Shown here: piece by piece, positions 28,309 through 39,938 of the stretch
How positions within the stretch are numbered: the first letter of the stretch is position 1
How the letters are laid out: the number at the start of each line of letters is the position of its first letter
Assembly: GCF_964204645.1 (NCBI RefSeq)
Contig: NC_134036.1
Span: 2,356,001 to 2,420,000 of the forward strand
Direction: 5' to 3'
Source of the DNA: Tubulanus polymorphus
Taxonomy: Eukaryota > Animalia > Nemertea
Length of the DNA stretch: 64,000 nt
Position numbers and translations under genes: made by a program
Notes under the pieces: generated by a model
What the model was told of the DNA's origin: nothing
Seen by the model: the letters and a program-made list of their open reading frames with translations, nothing else
The model's database searches: none

Positions 28309-28440
28309 GGTCTATGGTTTTATGGTCAGGGCGTTGAGCTACCAAGCCGACGGTCCCAGGTTCGAGGCCAGTGTAGGCGTCAGTATTGGCATGACTTTGA
28401 ATATGGCTCATCCTAAACGTCCCGTGCGGTGTAACAAGTT
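28309..28440 (+). mobile_element. tRNA-derived SINE-like head or tRNA pseudogene
   Basis: A-box-like TGGTTTTATGG and B-box-like GGTTCGAGGCC at tRNA spacing; anticodon-loop-like CTACCAA; broken T and acceptor stems; non-tRNA 3' extension. Confidence 0.55.
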
Positions 28441-30233
28441 TTTATTGTATTTACTACGGACACATTATGTCATCATTTTTATGTATCTTCAATAAATAAA
28501 TGTTCTTTTCTAGTTTTGCCAAAACTATGTTTCGTTGGACGAGTTTTCCATTAAGAAACCAACAGCTGCTATGATATAGATCGAGAAGTCAGACAATTTT
28601 GGGGGTTATTTCTAAAATCGTTTAAAGGTGGTTGTGATCGATTGGAGTGAGTGGAAAAATCTCCATCGATTCAGTTTTTCTTTCGAAGTTTTTAGTTTTT
28701 CCCCGGAACAGACGCCATTTTAATTGACGGCGAAAAAAATCCAATCGGCAGAAAAAAGAAACGCGCTTAAAAATTCCTGTCTCCGGATGAAAAAAAATCC
28801 AGCATTTTTTATTTTTGCCGAATTCTCTCGGAAGATGCAACAATTTCAACCGTTGAATAATAGAACGATTCGGCAGACGAGAGATGACGTCACGGGTTAA
28901 TAGTCGAGAGCTTTTTCTCGAAGGTAAATGACATTAATGCAGACGTTAGCGTATCAGCGGAATAGCGACCCCTGGTGGTGCGAGCGATCACTACTACATT
29001 TTCATGATTCGACCATTTTTATTGATTATTTTTATGAATCCTTTTTAGGAATCCTGTTCATTCTTATGGATCATTTTTATCATTTTAATGGACTATTCTT
29101 ATGTACCATTTTTATGAATCATTTCATGGATCGTTTTTTGGGTCATCTTAAAGTATCATTTCCATGAATGATTACACTATCGTTTTTTCTATCGGCATTT
29201 TTGAGATTTTCATTGAAGAACATCATTTAATTTTTTCGATGGCAAAATTAATTAAATTAACTTCGTTTGCTGATTTTTCGTCAGTAGACCAAATTAATCA
29301 CAATTTACATCCAGGAGTAGAGCGTTTAATCCACCGCATAGCGCCGTTAGAATAACTCTCCCAGCAGCGCGCACGCTTATACAAATAAATTCCCGCGCAG
29401 ATTTTACAGGGGGGATAATCCTCTTTCGTGTTCGAATCGGATTAAATCGTTAATCCGTCGCTTGTAAATAGGATAAACGGATAATCCGTTAATCTGTTCT
29501 CGACGTCGTGTTTACGCTGTTTGAGTTAGAGTGTTGATACAGTAACGGAGACAGATTGGTAGGTTGTGAGAGAAGCTATCGGGTAGGTTGGGTGAAGCTG
29601 TCAGGAAGCTGTCACGCGAAGCTGTCAGGAATGATGTGAAAATGTACTGATAATTTCAAATGTGTTTTAATAGTTATTTTTACACCGTAAAAATCGTTAC
29701 AATAATATTTATATAATTTTAATTCTATTAAGTCTACGTCATCAATATTGGTGTTTCAAAATAACAATTACTTTTTATTCATAATCTTGCAATTTTCTTA
29801 GTTTTTATTTTTTTAGGGAGAAAAAATATATTCAAGATTTTGGCAAAGTAAAAAAAAACCGATAAAAATATTTCGACTCACTTGACGAATTGCTAGTCAA
29901 CGCGAGGTCATCGAACTATCAGCGATATTCCAAACGGCTGTTGTTATAATCCATGTACGGGACAGGTCACAAACATTTATAACAGAAAATCGATCCTGGT
30001 TTTTCAAAACTTTCAAAGCAGTTCAAAACGTTTATCAATTTTCCTTTTTGTATCATTTAATCCTTTTTTTTCTCAATTTGAGATAAAACTGTTTCACAAT
30101 TTTTAAGACCAGGTTAGAGAATTTTTTCGCTTTAATCGTTTATCATTGTTAATCCGTTAATCCTTTAATCCGTAAATCCGATACTCAATCCGATGTTTAC
30201 ACGCGCATTTGGGCGATATTCAGTGAATTTCAC

Positions 30234-30261
30234 CTTTGAACTGGTCGTCCTCGCGCTGAAC
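30234..30261 (-). CDS. Candidate 28-nt coding micro-exon (VQREDDQFK) of an unidentified minus-strand gene
   Basis: ttttctccag|GTTCAG...TTCAAAG|gtgaaa; phase 0 to 1, compatible with the next candidate exon. Confidence 0.45.
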
Positions 30262-30979
30262 CTGGAGAAAAGCGTTCAATTTCAATTTTTCACAAATTAC
30301 CACAATATTCGACTCTCAATTTCTCATCTTCGAGAAATTAAGTTTAAAAACACATTAAATCCGGCAATCAAATTCTCAGAGGATAATCCACCACAAAGTT
30401 GGGAACAAAAGTTTAGCAGCAATGATAAATTTACGAATTTTTTGATAAAGGCTTCACACATAAGTATATAATCTAACACTTTACTACCACTGTGCTTACT
30501 CCAGATAAATCTATGTTATATTTTGTTTTTTATCCGAAATTTCTTTTCATCCGAAATCAACTAAATTAATCAAAATCACAATTTCTCCACAATTTCACAT
30601 AAATCCACGAATCAATAAAGCTATTCTCTGATCCTTAAGTTATTCTTTTCCACCCGTTGTTTATTTTCTAAATCCAATTTAGGAAGAACCGTATTTTATC
30701 GATATCGTCCTCTCGGTCGGTCCGTTCGGTTAACCTCCTCGCTCGACTAATGACGAGTCGAAGAACGCGCCACGCTGCAGCCGTTACAGTCGACGCTGCT
30801 GCCGCTACGTTACAGCGTTAACGTTGCTTAACTAACGCTGACGTAACGCTACACATGTTCTTTCGGAAAACGCGTTGAGTTTTACAAATCGAAGAAAAGT
30901 CTTAGAATCGTAAACTTCCCCGATACGTCGGATCAAATTACTCAAAACCTGTTTGAGGTAAAAATGGAGTAAATGCCAG

Positions 30980-31073
30980 GATCCAGTTCCACAGTCATGA
31001 GTTAGAGTAATCAGTTCATTTTTAATGAGTTAACTCTGAGTCAAATCTTAACTCACAACTGTGGAACTGGGTC
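30980..31073. mobile_element. Palindromic MITE, family A
   Basis: GATCCAGTTCCACAG...CTGTGGAACTGGGTC; homologous to 16170-16277; CAG/CTG flanks. Confidence 0.8.
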
Positions 31074-31810
31074 CTGATGTCCAATTGCGCGGTCGTGTCT
31101 CAAGTTGGAAAAGGGGTCTTGAATTCAAACAGATTGTTCCCAAGTTGTAATATTTTATCGGAAATAGTGAAGAGCTTTCGCTACCAGTGTAGATATCTTC
31201 ATCCGTCCAAAAGTGATCTTAAATCGTAAGACTTGTCTTAAGTTGTTTAACTGGCTATAGAAACTAAGTTGGTGTTTGACTGGTCTTAAGTCCAAGTAAG
31301 CCACGACTAAAACTGACCCGAGAGTGACAATCAAAATCGATTTTAGTCCACTAGTTTAACTCAATCTAATTAAAGTATCTTCGTAGCCAATATTTCAGAA
31401 TTAGGGATTTAAATTTTTAGAGGAACATTTTTTATTTTCAGGTACAGTGAGAAGTGTGTATAGTGTATTGATTCGTCTGCTGCTACTACTGCTGCTGCTG
31501 TTTAGTACTGAATCTTAGCGGTTGAAATGATGACACATTGTTTACAAACAATTCCGTCCGATAGCAAATAATTTGCCAGGATCCATTACAGTTAACCGCA
31601 GGCGCTGAACCCGAACACACGCGGCAATACTGTCTAATAGTGAGAGAGGAGGAGAGTGAAGAGAGAATGATGAAAAAGAGAATGATAGTGAGAGACGAAG
31701 GCTAATTCAATTAAACTCCCGACCCCCGACTCCGACTCTACGTAAGAGATGAAGAAAATCCCGTGAAATTTCATCAAAATACAACACGAAGCAATACGAG
31801 TTCTTCGGAA

Positions 31811-32517
31811 AAATTCAATATGGCCGCAAATCAGACATATTGGTCTATCTAGTGATGGTAATCGTATCCATGAACGTGAAACAAGTTGCGAAAAACAGGA
31901 GCAAAAAAATCCACGTCAAATCGTCAACTCCTCGAGGATAACACAGGAGAATTCAAAATTCAATATGGCCACAAATCAGCCATATCGGTCTACCTGGTGA
32001 TGGTTATCTTTTCCATGAACGTGAAACAAGTTGCGAAAAACAGGAGCAAAAAATCCACGTCACATCGTCAACTTTTCGGGAAAACACAGGAGAATTCAAA
32101 ATTCAAGATGGCCGCAAATCAGCCATATCGGTCTACTGCTGATGGTTATCTTCAAAAAGTCCACGTCAAATCGTCAACTCCTCGGGAAAACACTAGATAA
32201 TTCAAAATTCAATATGGCCACAAATCAGCCATATCGGTCTACAGCTGATCGTAACCTTTTCCATGAACGTGAAACAAGTTGCGAAAAACAGGAGCAAAAA
32301 AATCCACGTCAAATCGTCAACTCTTCGAGGATAACACAAGAGAATTCAAAATTCAATATGGCCACAAATCAGCCATATCGGTCTACAGCTGATGGTAATC
32401 TTTTCCGTGAACGTGAAACAAGTTGCGAAAAACAGGAGCAAAAAAAATCCACGTCACATCGTCAACTTTTCGGGAAAACACGGGAGAATTCAAAATTCAA
32501 GATGGCCGCAAATCAGC
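31811..32517. repeat. ~140-bp tandem satellite with CAAGATGGCCGC/CAATATGGCC motif
   Basis: About five units; related degenerate copies at 51260-51450. Confidence 0.95.
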
Positions 32518-35500
32518 ATAACTATATGAAGGCCACTGAAATCGATGTGTCGAACACACACTGTGCGGGATAGAGGATAATTATCGTTATCGTCTGCAGG
32601 TGGTGGAAATATCGTCTGCCGGAGTTCCAGCTGGGAATCAGTCACCGAGATATATATCCCGACAATCAGACGGACAATCAGACGCACAATCAGAATCACA
32701 ATCTCCGCCGAAACAAACACAGATCCCGGTAATCAAAATACATATATCCCGATAATCAGACAGACAATCTCACAATCCCCACAAAGAGATTGTTTGATTA
32801 GAAACATAAATACGGCGGCTCTGAAAATATCCGGCGCCAATTGTTCAAATGATGATTTGAGTTTGAAAAATTCATTGTTACTATTGAATTCATCCACCGG
32901 TTATCTGTAAACAACCTTTCAGCAACTGATAACTGAAAAATAGTTTACGATATTTGCTTTCAAAAGTAAGAACCAACCATTTATCATTTCTAGAAGAGAC
33001 TAAACATACACGTATCTGAAAGTAAATTTAATGATGTCATACGGGGATTATAGGATTGTCTCGAAAAAATAAATTCACTCCGATTTGAATAGTTTTTATA
33101 AAAAACGAAGAGTTTTTAGAATTGGAATTTTATCCGTATTCCGAAAATAGTGTAAGTGATGATAGCCAACACGAGGAGCCATTTCTAGATCAGTCACTTT
33201 GATAACGCCATTGGGGCAATGATGCAAAGAGCCGCCATTTGTTTTCAAAAGCAGCCAGCCATCATTTCTAGAAGGGATTTGCCTATATTGGGCCTACATT
33301 TGGTTCCAAGAGAAAAACCGAGTTTAAGAATTGATAGACGTTTTCTTCATACTCGAGAAAATTTCACAGAAAATCGCTGTAAGCGGTGGTAGCTATGCGA
33401 GCGGCCATTTCTAGATCGGAATGGTCGACATCAACGCCCTGTCATCAGTCGAACACGAGAACGGATCGAAAATCTATCCGCGTATAAATCACTTTCTACC
33501 ATCCGATGAAACGTAACGCGTAAACGTTACACCACACAGCTGTGGCAGTTACAACGTTACGTTCGGTTGACGTTATAACGTAAAAACGTCAACGCGCTAG
33601 AACGACGAACAAACGCCAGCTAATTGTCTAGCGAACGTCAATTTTACAAGAACGTTTGAGAGACGAGAAACGGCAACGTTCGACACTCTCAAACGTGACG
33701 TGAATAACGCTTCAGCGTTATATAGCGTTCACGTCGAGATATACGTTTTCCATTAATACGTAATAAGTAACGTAAAGATAAGCCGTCGGATTAATGCACG
33801 CTGTTCGAGTGAATGTTGCGCCCGAACGCAACAACAACGGCGGCAACGCTGGCGACGTTATTAATGCGTTTTAGAAAAAAAATATTACGTTGATAAATCG
33901 CGACGTAAGAAAAAATGAACGTTAGAAATGAACGTTAAAAAATGAAGCTGAAGTAGGAAGTTTGTTTAAACTAAAACTTGTCTAAAGCATCAAGTGGCTT
34001 ATTGCATTAATACACAAACCACTTATCTTCACTTCAATATTCTCACCAGCTCTTTAAATGAATAAGGGCTTCATAATGATATAGGCATGAATTAAAGGGT
34101 GCAACCGAACATTTTTGACTCAAAGAAACTTTTTTATGTTGAGTGGGATTTATTTGGTCTATCTTTTTTGCGTCTGTTCATCTTTCACTCTCATTCTGGA
34201 TTTATTTCTAATTGAAAGGAGTTTGAGATTCGGAGTCATTCAGTTGTGTTGAACACACTGTTTAAAGCTCAACTGTAAATCTGGAGGATTGGGAGGTTTA
34301 AACAGGGGGTCATTCTGATGGAGGTTAGGGAGGGGGTGAAGTGTATGTTCTAGTTGCAGACGATGCATGCTGCTACACTGCTGCTGAAATATTGATGCAG
34401 TCAGTCGTCTGTTTCAGTCGCGTAGGAGGTTACAGTGAAGTACCAATAAAGATTAAGACAATAAATTGTGTCCCCATTCTGAATGACGCTTAGATATTTA
34501 TGGCAAGTGCGATCTGTAAGTGCAATCTGCATTCTGCGTAGATAATCGTCGCAAGTGCATTGTAAACATAATTTCATCGCTGATACGTGAGATAGATCAG
34601 GATAGGTTAGTTGGGTTGGGTGAATTCTCAGACGCCGACACTTCTCCTAGGTACTTGGTACTGTCTGACGTCCCGAGTTCGAAACTTGTTAATTTCGCCC
34701 AGAAAAATAAAGAAGGCTGAGTGATTTTACGAATGGGTAAATCTAGATTCCCCGTTTCTTCGGTTCAAACAGTGTCCATTTTCTTGATAAATTTCACGCT
34801 TAAAAAACTTCAGTTATCACTGATAACATAAAAGTAACTGACAGCATTTGAGTGGGCCGGGTGAAAGTGGCTTAATCATTTGAGACCTAAGACCATTGTA
34901 GTTCGATGGTCTATCAAACAATGAACACCATTCTTGAAATTTAAGACTAATCTACTATCTTTGTTACAGTTATGGTCCAAAAGTGTTCTTAAATCTTAAG
35001 ACTGGTCTCAAGTTCTCAGTTGGTTTTAGATAAGTTTTAGATCTCAGCTACGACTGTGCAACCGGTCCCTGAGAGTCCCATCTATTTAGAATCACTTTAA
35101 TAGAAAATCAGTAATTCATAAATAAATGAATAAAAACCCAAAGTTTTCTCATGAAACTGAATTTCGAGTGTTAAAAGAAGTTCTGTCAAGATTTTTCCGC
35201 GAGTTTTCTTCCCATCCGATGAAAAAGTTTTCCTGTTTAACGTCTCTCAAATATCGCTTAATTGGAAATCATTTGAAGCAAAAAAAAGCTATAAAGTTCC
35301 CCATGAATCTGGATTGCAAGGATGAACGTCTCCTCGATTGGAAAGGAAAAAAATCCAAGGATGACGAACAGAAAAAGTAACTTCTGACATTTCCCGCTAA
35401 TTAGCCAGACGACATTCGCCGTTTGACAGATTCACGATTTACAACACACAACAACGCGATCACGCGACATAAGATTTAGGACATAAGTCATGCGACTACT

Positions 35501-35874
35501 GGTTTGTTTCAACGTACACGGATGAATAACGGAAATTATGTGTCGTCATATCCGGTGAACGGATATTGTGTACTTTGCGATAAAGAGATCGAGTGTGGAG
35601 CCGGTGTTTGCGTGTGTGTCGTCTGCCCGCGCGAGAAACGAACGAAGATTTCATCGTCCGTTAAGCGTCAGTGTATCTAAACCGCTAGGTATCTTTGATC
35701 TGTTTTTTTTTTTCAGAGGAAAATTTTATGGGTGAGCACCCCTGTGCTTAACGTTTATATATTTAGATTTGTTGAAATTTCACAAGAGGCGGAAGGTCTC
35801 GTGTAACTATTAACAATAACAGCTAGGTTTCCAGACAGGTATTGCCCAAGACATACAAGGGGTACTCATTATGA

Positions 35875-36440
35875 CCATTGGCATTGCCCATGATATCACA
35901 ACAAGGCTATATTGGCCCAGCCCAAAACATTACGACAAGGCTATTGGCACTGCCCATGACCTTCCGACAAGGCTATTGGCACTGCCCATGACATTACGAC
36001 AAGGCTATTGGCACTGCCCAAGAGATTTCAAAAAGGCTATTGGCATTGCCCATGACATCCCAACAAGGTTATTGGCACAGCCCATGACATCCCAACAAGG
36101 CTATTGGCACTGCCTTAAACATTCCAACAAGGCTATTAGCACTGCCCAATACGACCATTGGCACTTCTCAAGATATTCCAAGTAAACCATCGGCTTAAGA
36201 CCTTCCCACAGGAATCATCAGGACAGCTCAGTACAATATTGCAAAGCGCGCCAACACGACCATTGTTTCTGCTCAAGATCGTTCCATCAAAGAACATTGG
36301 TACTGCTAAATCTTTATCAGTACCATCGGTACCGCTGAAGATATCTTATCACGACCATAATGGCACTGCTCTCAAAAACATTCCAACAAGAATCATCAGC
36401 AGTGCTGATGGCATTCCAATAAGACCATTGATACTACTCA
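35875..36440. repeat. ~31-bp minisatellite (ACAAGGCTATTGGCACTGCCCATGACAT), decaying rightwards
   Basis: Direct inspection. Confidence 0.9.
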
Positions 36441-37221
36441 AGAAGAATCATCAACTCAAAAGTCGAGAACGATCAGTACTATTTGTTACCTACAAGGCGA
36501 CCAAGGAAAACTTTGAAAATGCCTTAAAAGCGCAAACATTCCTTCACAAGTTCCACCCGCATTCTCATACACTCCAATGCACTCGATTAAACTCGGTTAA
36601 ATAAAACCCGTCGTAACTTTTAACATCAATCCGGCGTGAATATCGATTATTGCCAATATGCGTGGGACGAACGCTGTAACCTACCAGCCAACGGACAACA
36701 ATGATATACGTTCGCACCGAGAGGTATTAGTGGTATTTGCAACAATACCGCCGATACTGTTAGCAACGACGTTAACGTAAATTCTACTTATAGGACGTCG
36801 TTTGACGTTGCGGACGCGTAAATCGTAATAAACCGCGTAACGCTCGCTTAACTACAATGATCGTAATAACGCACAATAATGATAAACAATGGTTGTTACG
36901 TGCGTTTTACGTTACGACGTCGAAGACGTTTTCATAACGCTATCAATTCGCGGGACGTATAAACAACAATCGTTGTAATGTAACGCTGCGTCGTAGATTA
37001 ATTTACCAGCGTAAGAATGTCGACAACGTGTTCGCGTCATTAAAACGCGTTTATCCTGACGTTATGACAACGACGGAATTGTAATCTATTTTCCATTAAG
37101 CGGTCGTATATTTAATTGTTTATGATTGTGGACTCGTTGGCCCGTATCCTACTACCCCAATAGCCTCTACCCTCTCTAATATCACTCCACTTGCTCCCCT
37201 GCATGTTCAGTCTGTGTAATC

Positions 37222-37368
37222 GCCATTTCGTCTGGCCCTCAAGGACACGGCGTCACTGATGGAGTCCTTGTTGGGTAAACATCATTTTGTCTGGCCCATA
37301 TGGACACTGCGTCACTGGAGGAGTCCTTGTTGGGTAGACATCATTTGTCTGGCCCTCAAGGACACTGC
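37222..37368. repeat. ~60-bp tandem repeat, 2.5 copies
   Basis: GTCTGGCCC...GGACAC.GCGTCACTG.GGAGTCCTTGTTGGGTA recurs. Confidence 0.85.
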
Positions 37369-37715
37369 ATCGGTTGGAAGGCCTCGAATCGTCTTAAGAA
37401 TTATATCACTATATGAATCTTTTAGAAATCCTAAATCGGCTGAATGTTGATGAAATGTCTGCCGTTTGAAGCTGATTTTCTGATAAAAATTTCTCAGACG
37501 AAGATTTTGATAAAATATCTAAACGTTTGAGCGTTTGAAGACGATTTTCTAATTAAGAATATATCTCAGACGAAGCCAGGACGATCGGGAAAAATTGAAA
37601 ACGTGTCAAGTTTCTTTTCAAACGTAATGGAATTATGTAATAATGTTCTATCGAGTTTGAAATGGTTTTCAGGTTGGTTCAAAAAAATATAGGAATCGTG
37701 AGTATTAGTCGGGTG

Positions 37716-38314
37716 CCCTCTCTCTCCCCCTCTCCCTTTCTCCCTCTCCCTCTCTCTCTCTCTCCCTCTCTCTCTCCCCCCCTCTCTCCCTCTCCCTCTC
37801 TCCCTCTCTCTCTCCCCCTCTCTCCCTCTCCCTCTCTCTCTCTCTCTCTCCCTCTCTCTCTCTCTCTCTTCCTCTCTCTCTCTCCCCCTCTCTCCCTCTC
37901 CCTCTCTCCCTCTCTCTCTCCCCCTCTCTCTCTCTCTCTCTCCCTCTCTCTCTCTCTCTCCCTCTCTCTCTCTCCCCCTCTCTCCCTCTCCCTCTCTCCC
38001 TCTCTCTCTCCCCCTCTCTCCCTCTCCCTCTCTCTCTCTCTCTCTCCCTCTCTCTCTCTCTCTCTTCCTCTCCCTTTCCCTCTCCCTCTCTCCCTCTCCC
38101 TCTCCCTCTCCCTCTCTCCCTTTCCCTCTCTCCCTCTCCCTTTGCCTCTCTCTCTCTCCCACTCCCTTTCCCTCTCTCCCTCTTCCTTTCCCTCTCCCCT
38201 CTCTCCCTCTCCCTCTCCCTCTCCCTCTCTCCCTCCCTCTCTTCCTCTCCCTTTCAATCTCTCTCTCCCTCTCCCTCTCCCTCTCTCCCTCTCCCTTTCT
38301 CTCTTTCCCTCTCT
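37716..38314. repeat. ~600-bp polypyrimidine (CT/CCCT) microsatellite
   Basis: Direct inspection. Confidence 0.98.
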
Positions 38315-38954
38315 CAACAAAACACTCCAAGAGGCGATAAAAACTACAATGTCGACGCTAATGGAATTCTATAAAGGAGCAATCGGTGACCAGCAGAAAA
38401 TAACTAAACCCAATAAAGATTTTTATTCGGTATTCGTTAGAACCGAAACGTGTTTTAAATGGCTAAAAGAATCAGACAATAAAATAGGCACGACTCGTAC
38501 CGAACTGCGGGGGTCGAAAGCACATTCAATACAGATTAAAGTAAATAAGTAAATATTGACTATTGAAGCACTTATGTTTGGTGACAGTGGCCACTGTGCG
38601 GTCAGAATATATGTACCGGCAAACTACTGTCTTTTATAAAAGATTTAATGAATGAAATGTTACTCTTATGTCTGTCTCGAGGCTTCAATTCCCACCGGTG
38701 AATTATATGTGGGTTTTGTAATTTCTGGTCGATGTTTGAAGGAAAGGATTTAATTAAGAATAGATAATGGGATATAATGGGATTTATCGTATACAATAAA
38801 TCAGGCGGTGTTATGACTAAGAGGGTCAGAAGGTTTGATTTGAAAACATTGACCTTCATTTCATATTGAGTGAAGTTTTCAATCTGTAGCCTGTAATCTG
38901 TAGCCTGTAACCTGCAGCCCTTCAGGCATATACTTGATGAAAGTGTGTTGATAT

Positions 38955-39125
38955 ATGTCTAATGTCTAAAGTTCTTAGTTAATTATGAATTAGAAATGTC
39001 TCAGGTGAAGCACTGAACACGTGTGATGAGTGGACGATCAGTTTTTGAAAGTTGCGCTGATAAAATGTCTAATGTCTGGTGTTTGTAGTTCATTTTCAAT
39101 TAAAAATGTCTCAGGTGAAGTACTG
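38955..39125 (-). repeat. Inverted dispersed copy of the ~110-bp monomer
   Basis: AATTAGAAATGTCTCAGGTGAAGCACTGAACAC is the reverse complement of the 44000-45000 monomer. Confidence 0.85.
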
Positions 39126-39829
39126 ATTAAACTGATTAATTTATTTATAGCATTATTGTTAAAGCTTTCAACGATTAGTGATGCGACGATTCAATTTCAT
39201 TTTGAAATATTTATTTTCTTATTTTGAAATATCTATTTTGATATATCTTTTTTCCCCCTCTCTTTTCTCTCTAATGCGTCCTAGAATTAGTTCCCGAGAT
39301 CCTCGAGGCTTTCAATTCCAAACGTAACGAAGATTTTAAACCGTATTTAAGCCGATTTACTCCCAGGGTCGTCTGCCAAAGATCGGAAACGTTACAGAAT
39401 TAATACTATCTACAATCTGTTTATTTGAGAGTGGTTTCCGAAAAACGTCAAGGCTTTCATTTCTTCTAGCATCCACTAATAGCTGGGGTTTTTTTCAAAA
39501 TCCAAATAGTACTTTACGTAAAAAGAGGATGTGACAATTTAACAAAAAGCGCACAGTCCTCGAAAAGAGATTTTAAGGAACCCTCGGGTGAGACATCAGG
39601 ATTAAAATCTAGATCTCCTAATGCTCGCATCGTACGAGGAAGTCAAAGCTACTAAGAAGGCTACAGCTGAAAGGTTGTTTTGAGTAGCTACATTCAAACG
39701 ATACCTTGAACTAACCGATCAAAGACTATATGTTTACAATTTACGAGAATCGAAAAAGGGATAAATAAATGTGCACAGATCTTAAACATATTAAAGACCT
39801 AACTTAAGCCCTTGTACTAAATAATTCAG

Positions 39830-39938
39830 GGTCCGGTTTTATAGACTGGTATTACCTTTAACCCGGGGGCTAACTCAATTGATAATGAATTGAGCTAGCC
39901 CCCGGATTAAAGGTAATGCCTGTCTTTAAAACAACGTC
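39830..39938. mobile_element. Fully palindromic MITE, family D
   Basis: ATTACCTTTAACCCGGGGGCTAACTCAATT paired with AATTGAGCTAGCCCCCGGATTAAAGGTAAT; CAG on both flanks. Confidence 0.75.

Noticed and set aside
31886-32573. 104- and 180-aa ORFs
   Set aside because: Satellite translations with frame switches between units
35717-35731. Possible 15-nt + strand micro-exon (T-run-cag|AGGAAAATTTTATGG|gtgagc)
   Set aside because: Good splice signals but no partner + strand exons found; left unsupported
37566-38552. Long ORFs of 213-296 aa (RE/G-rich or LS/P-rich)
   Set aside because: Translations of the CT microsatellite
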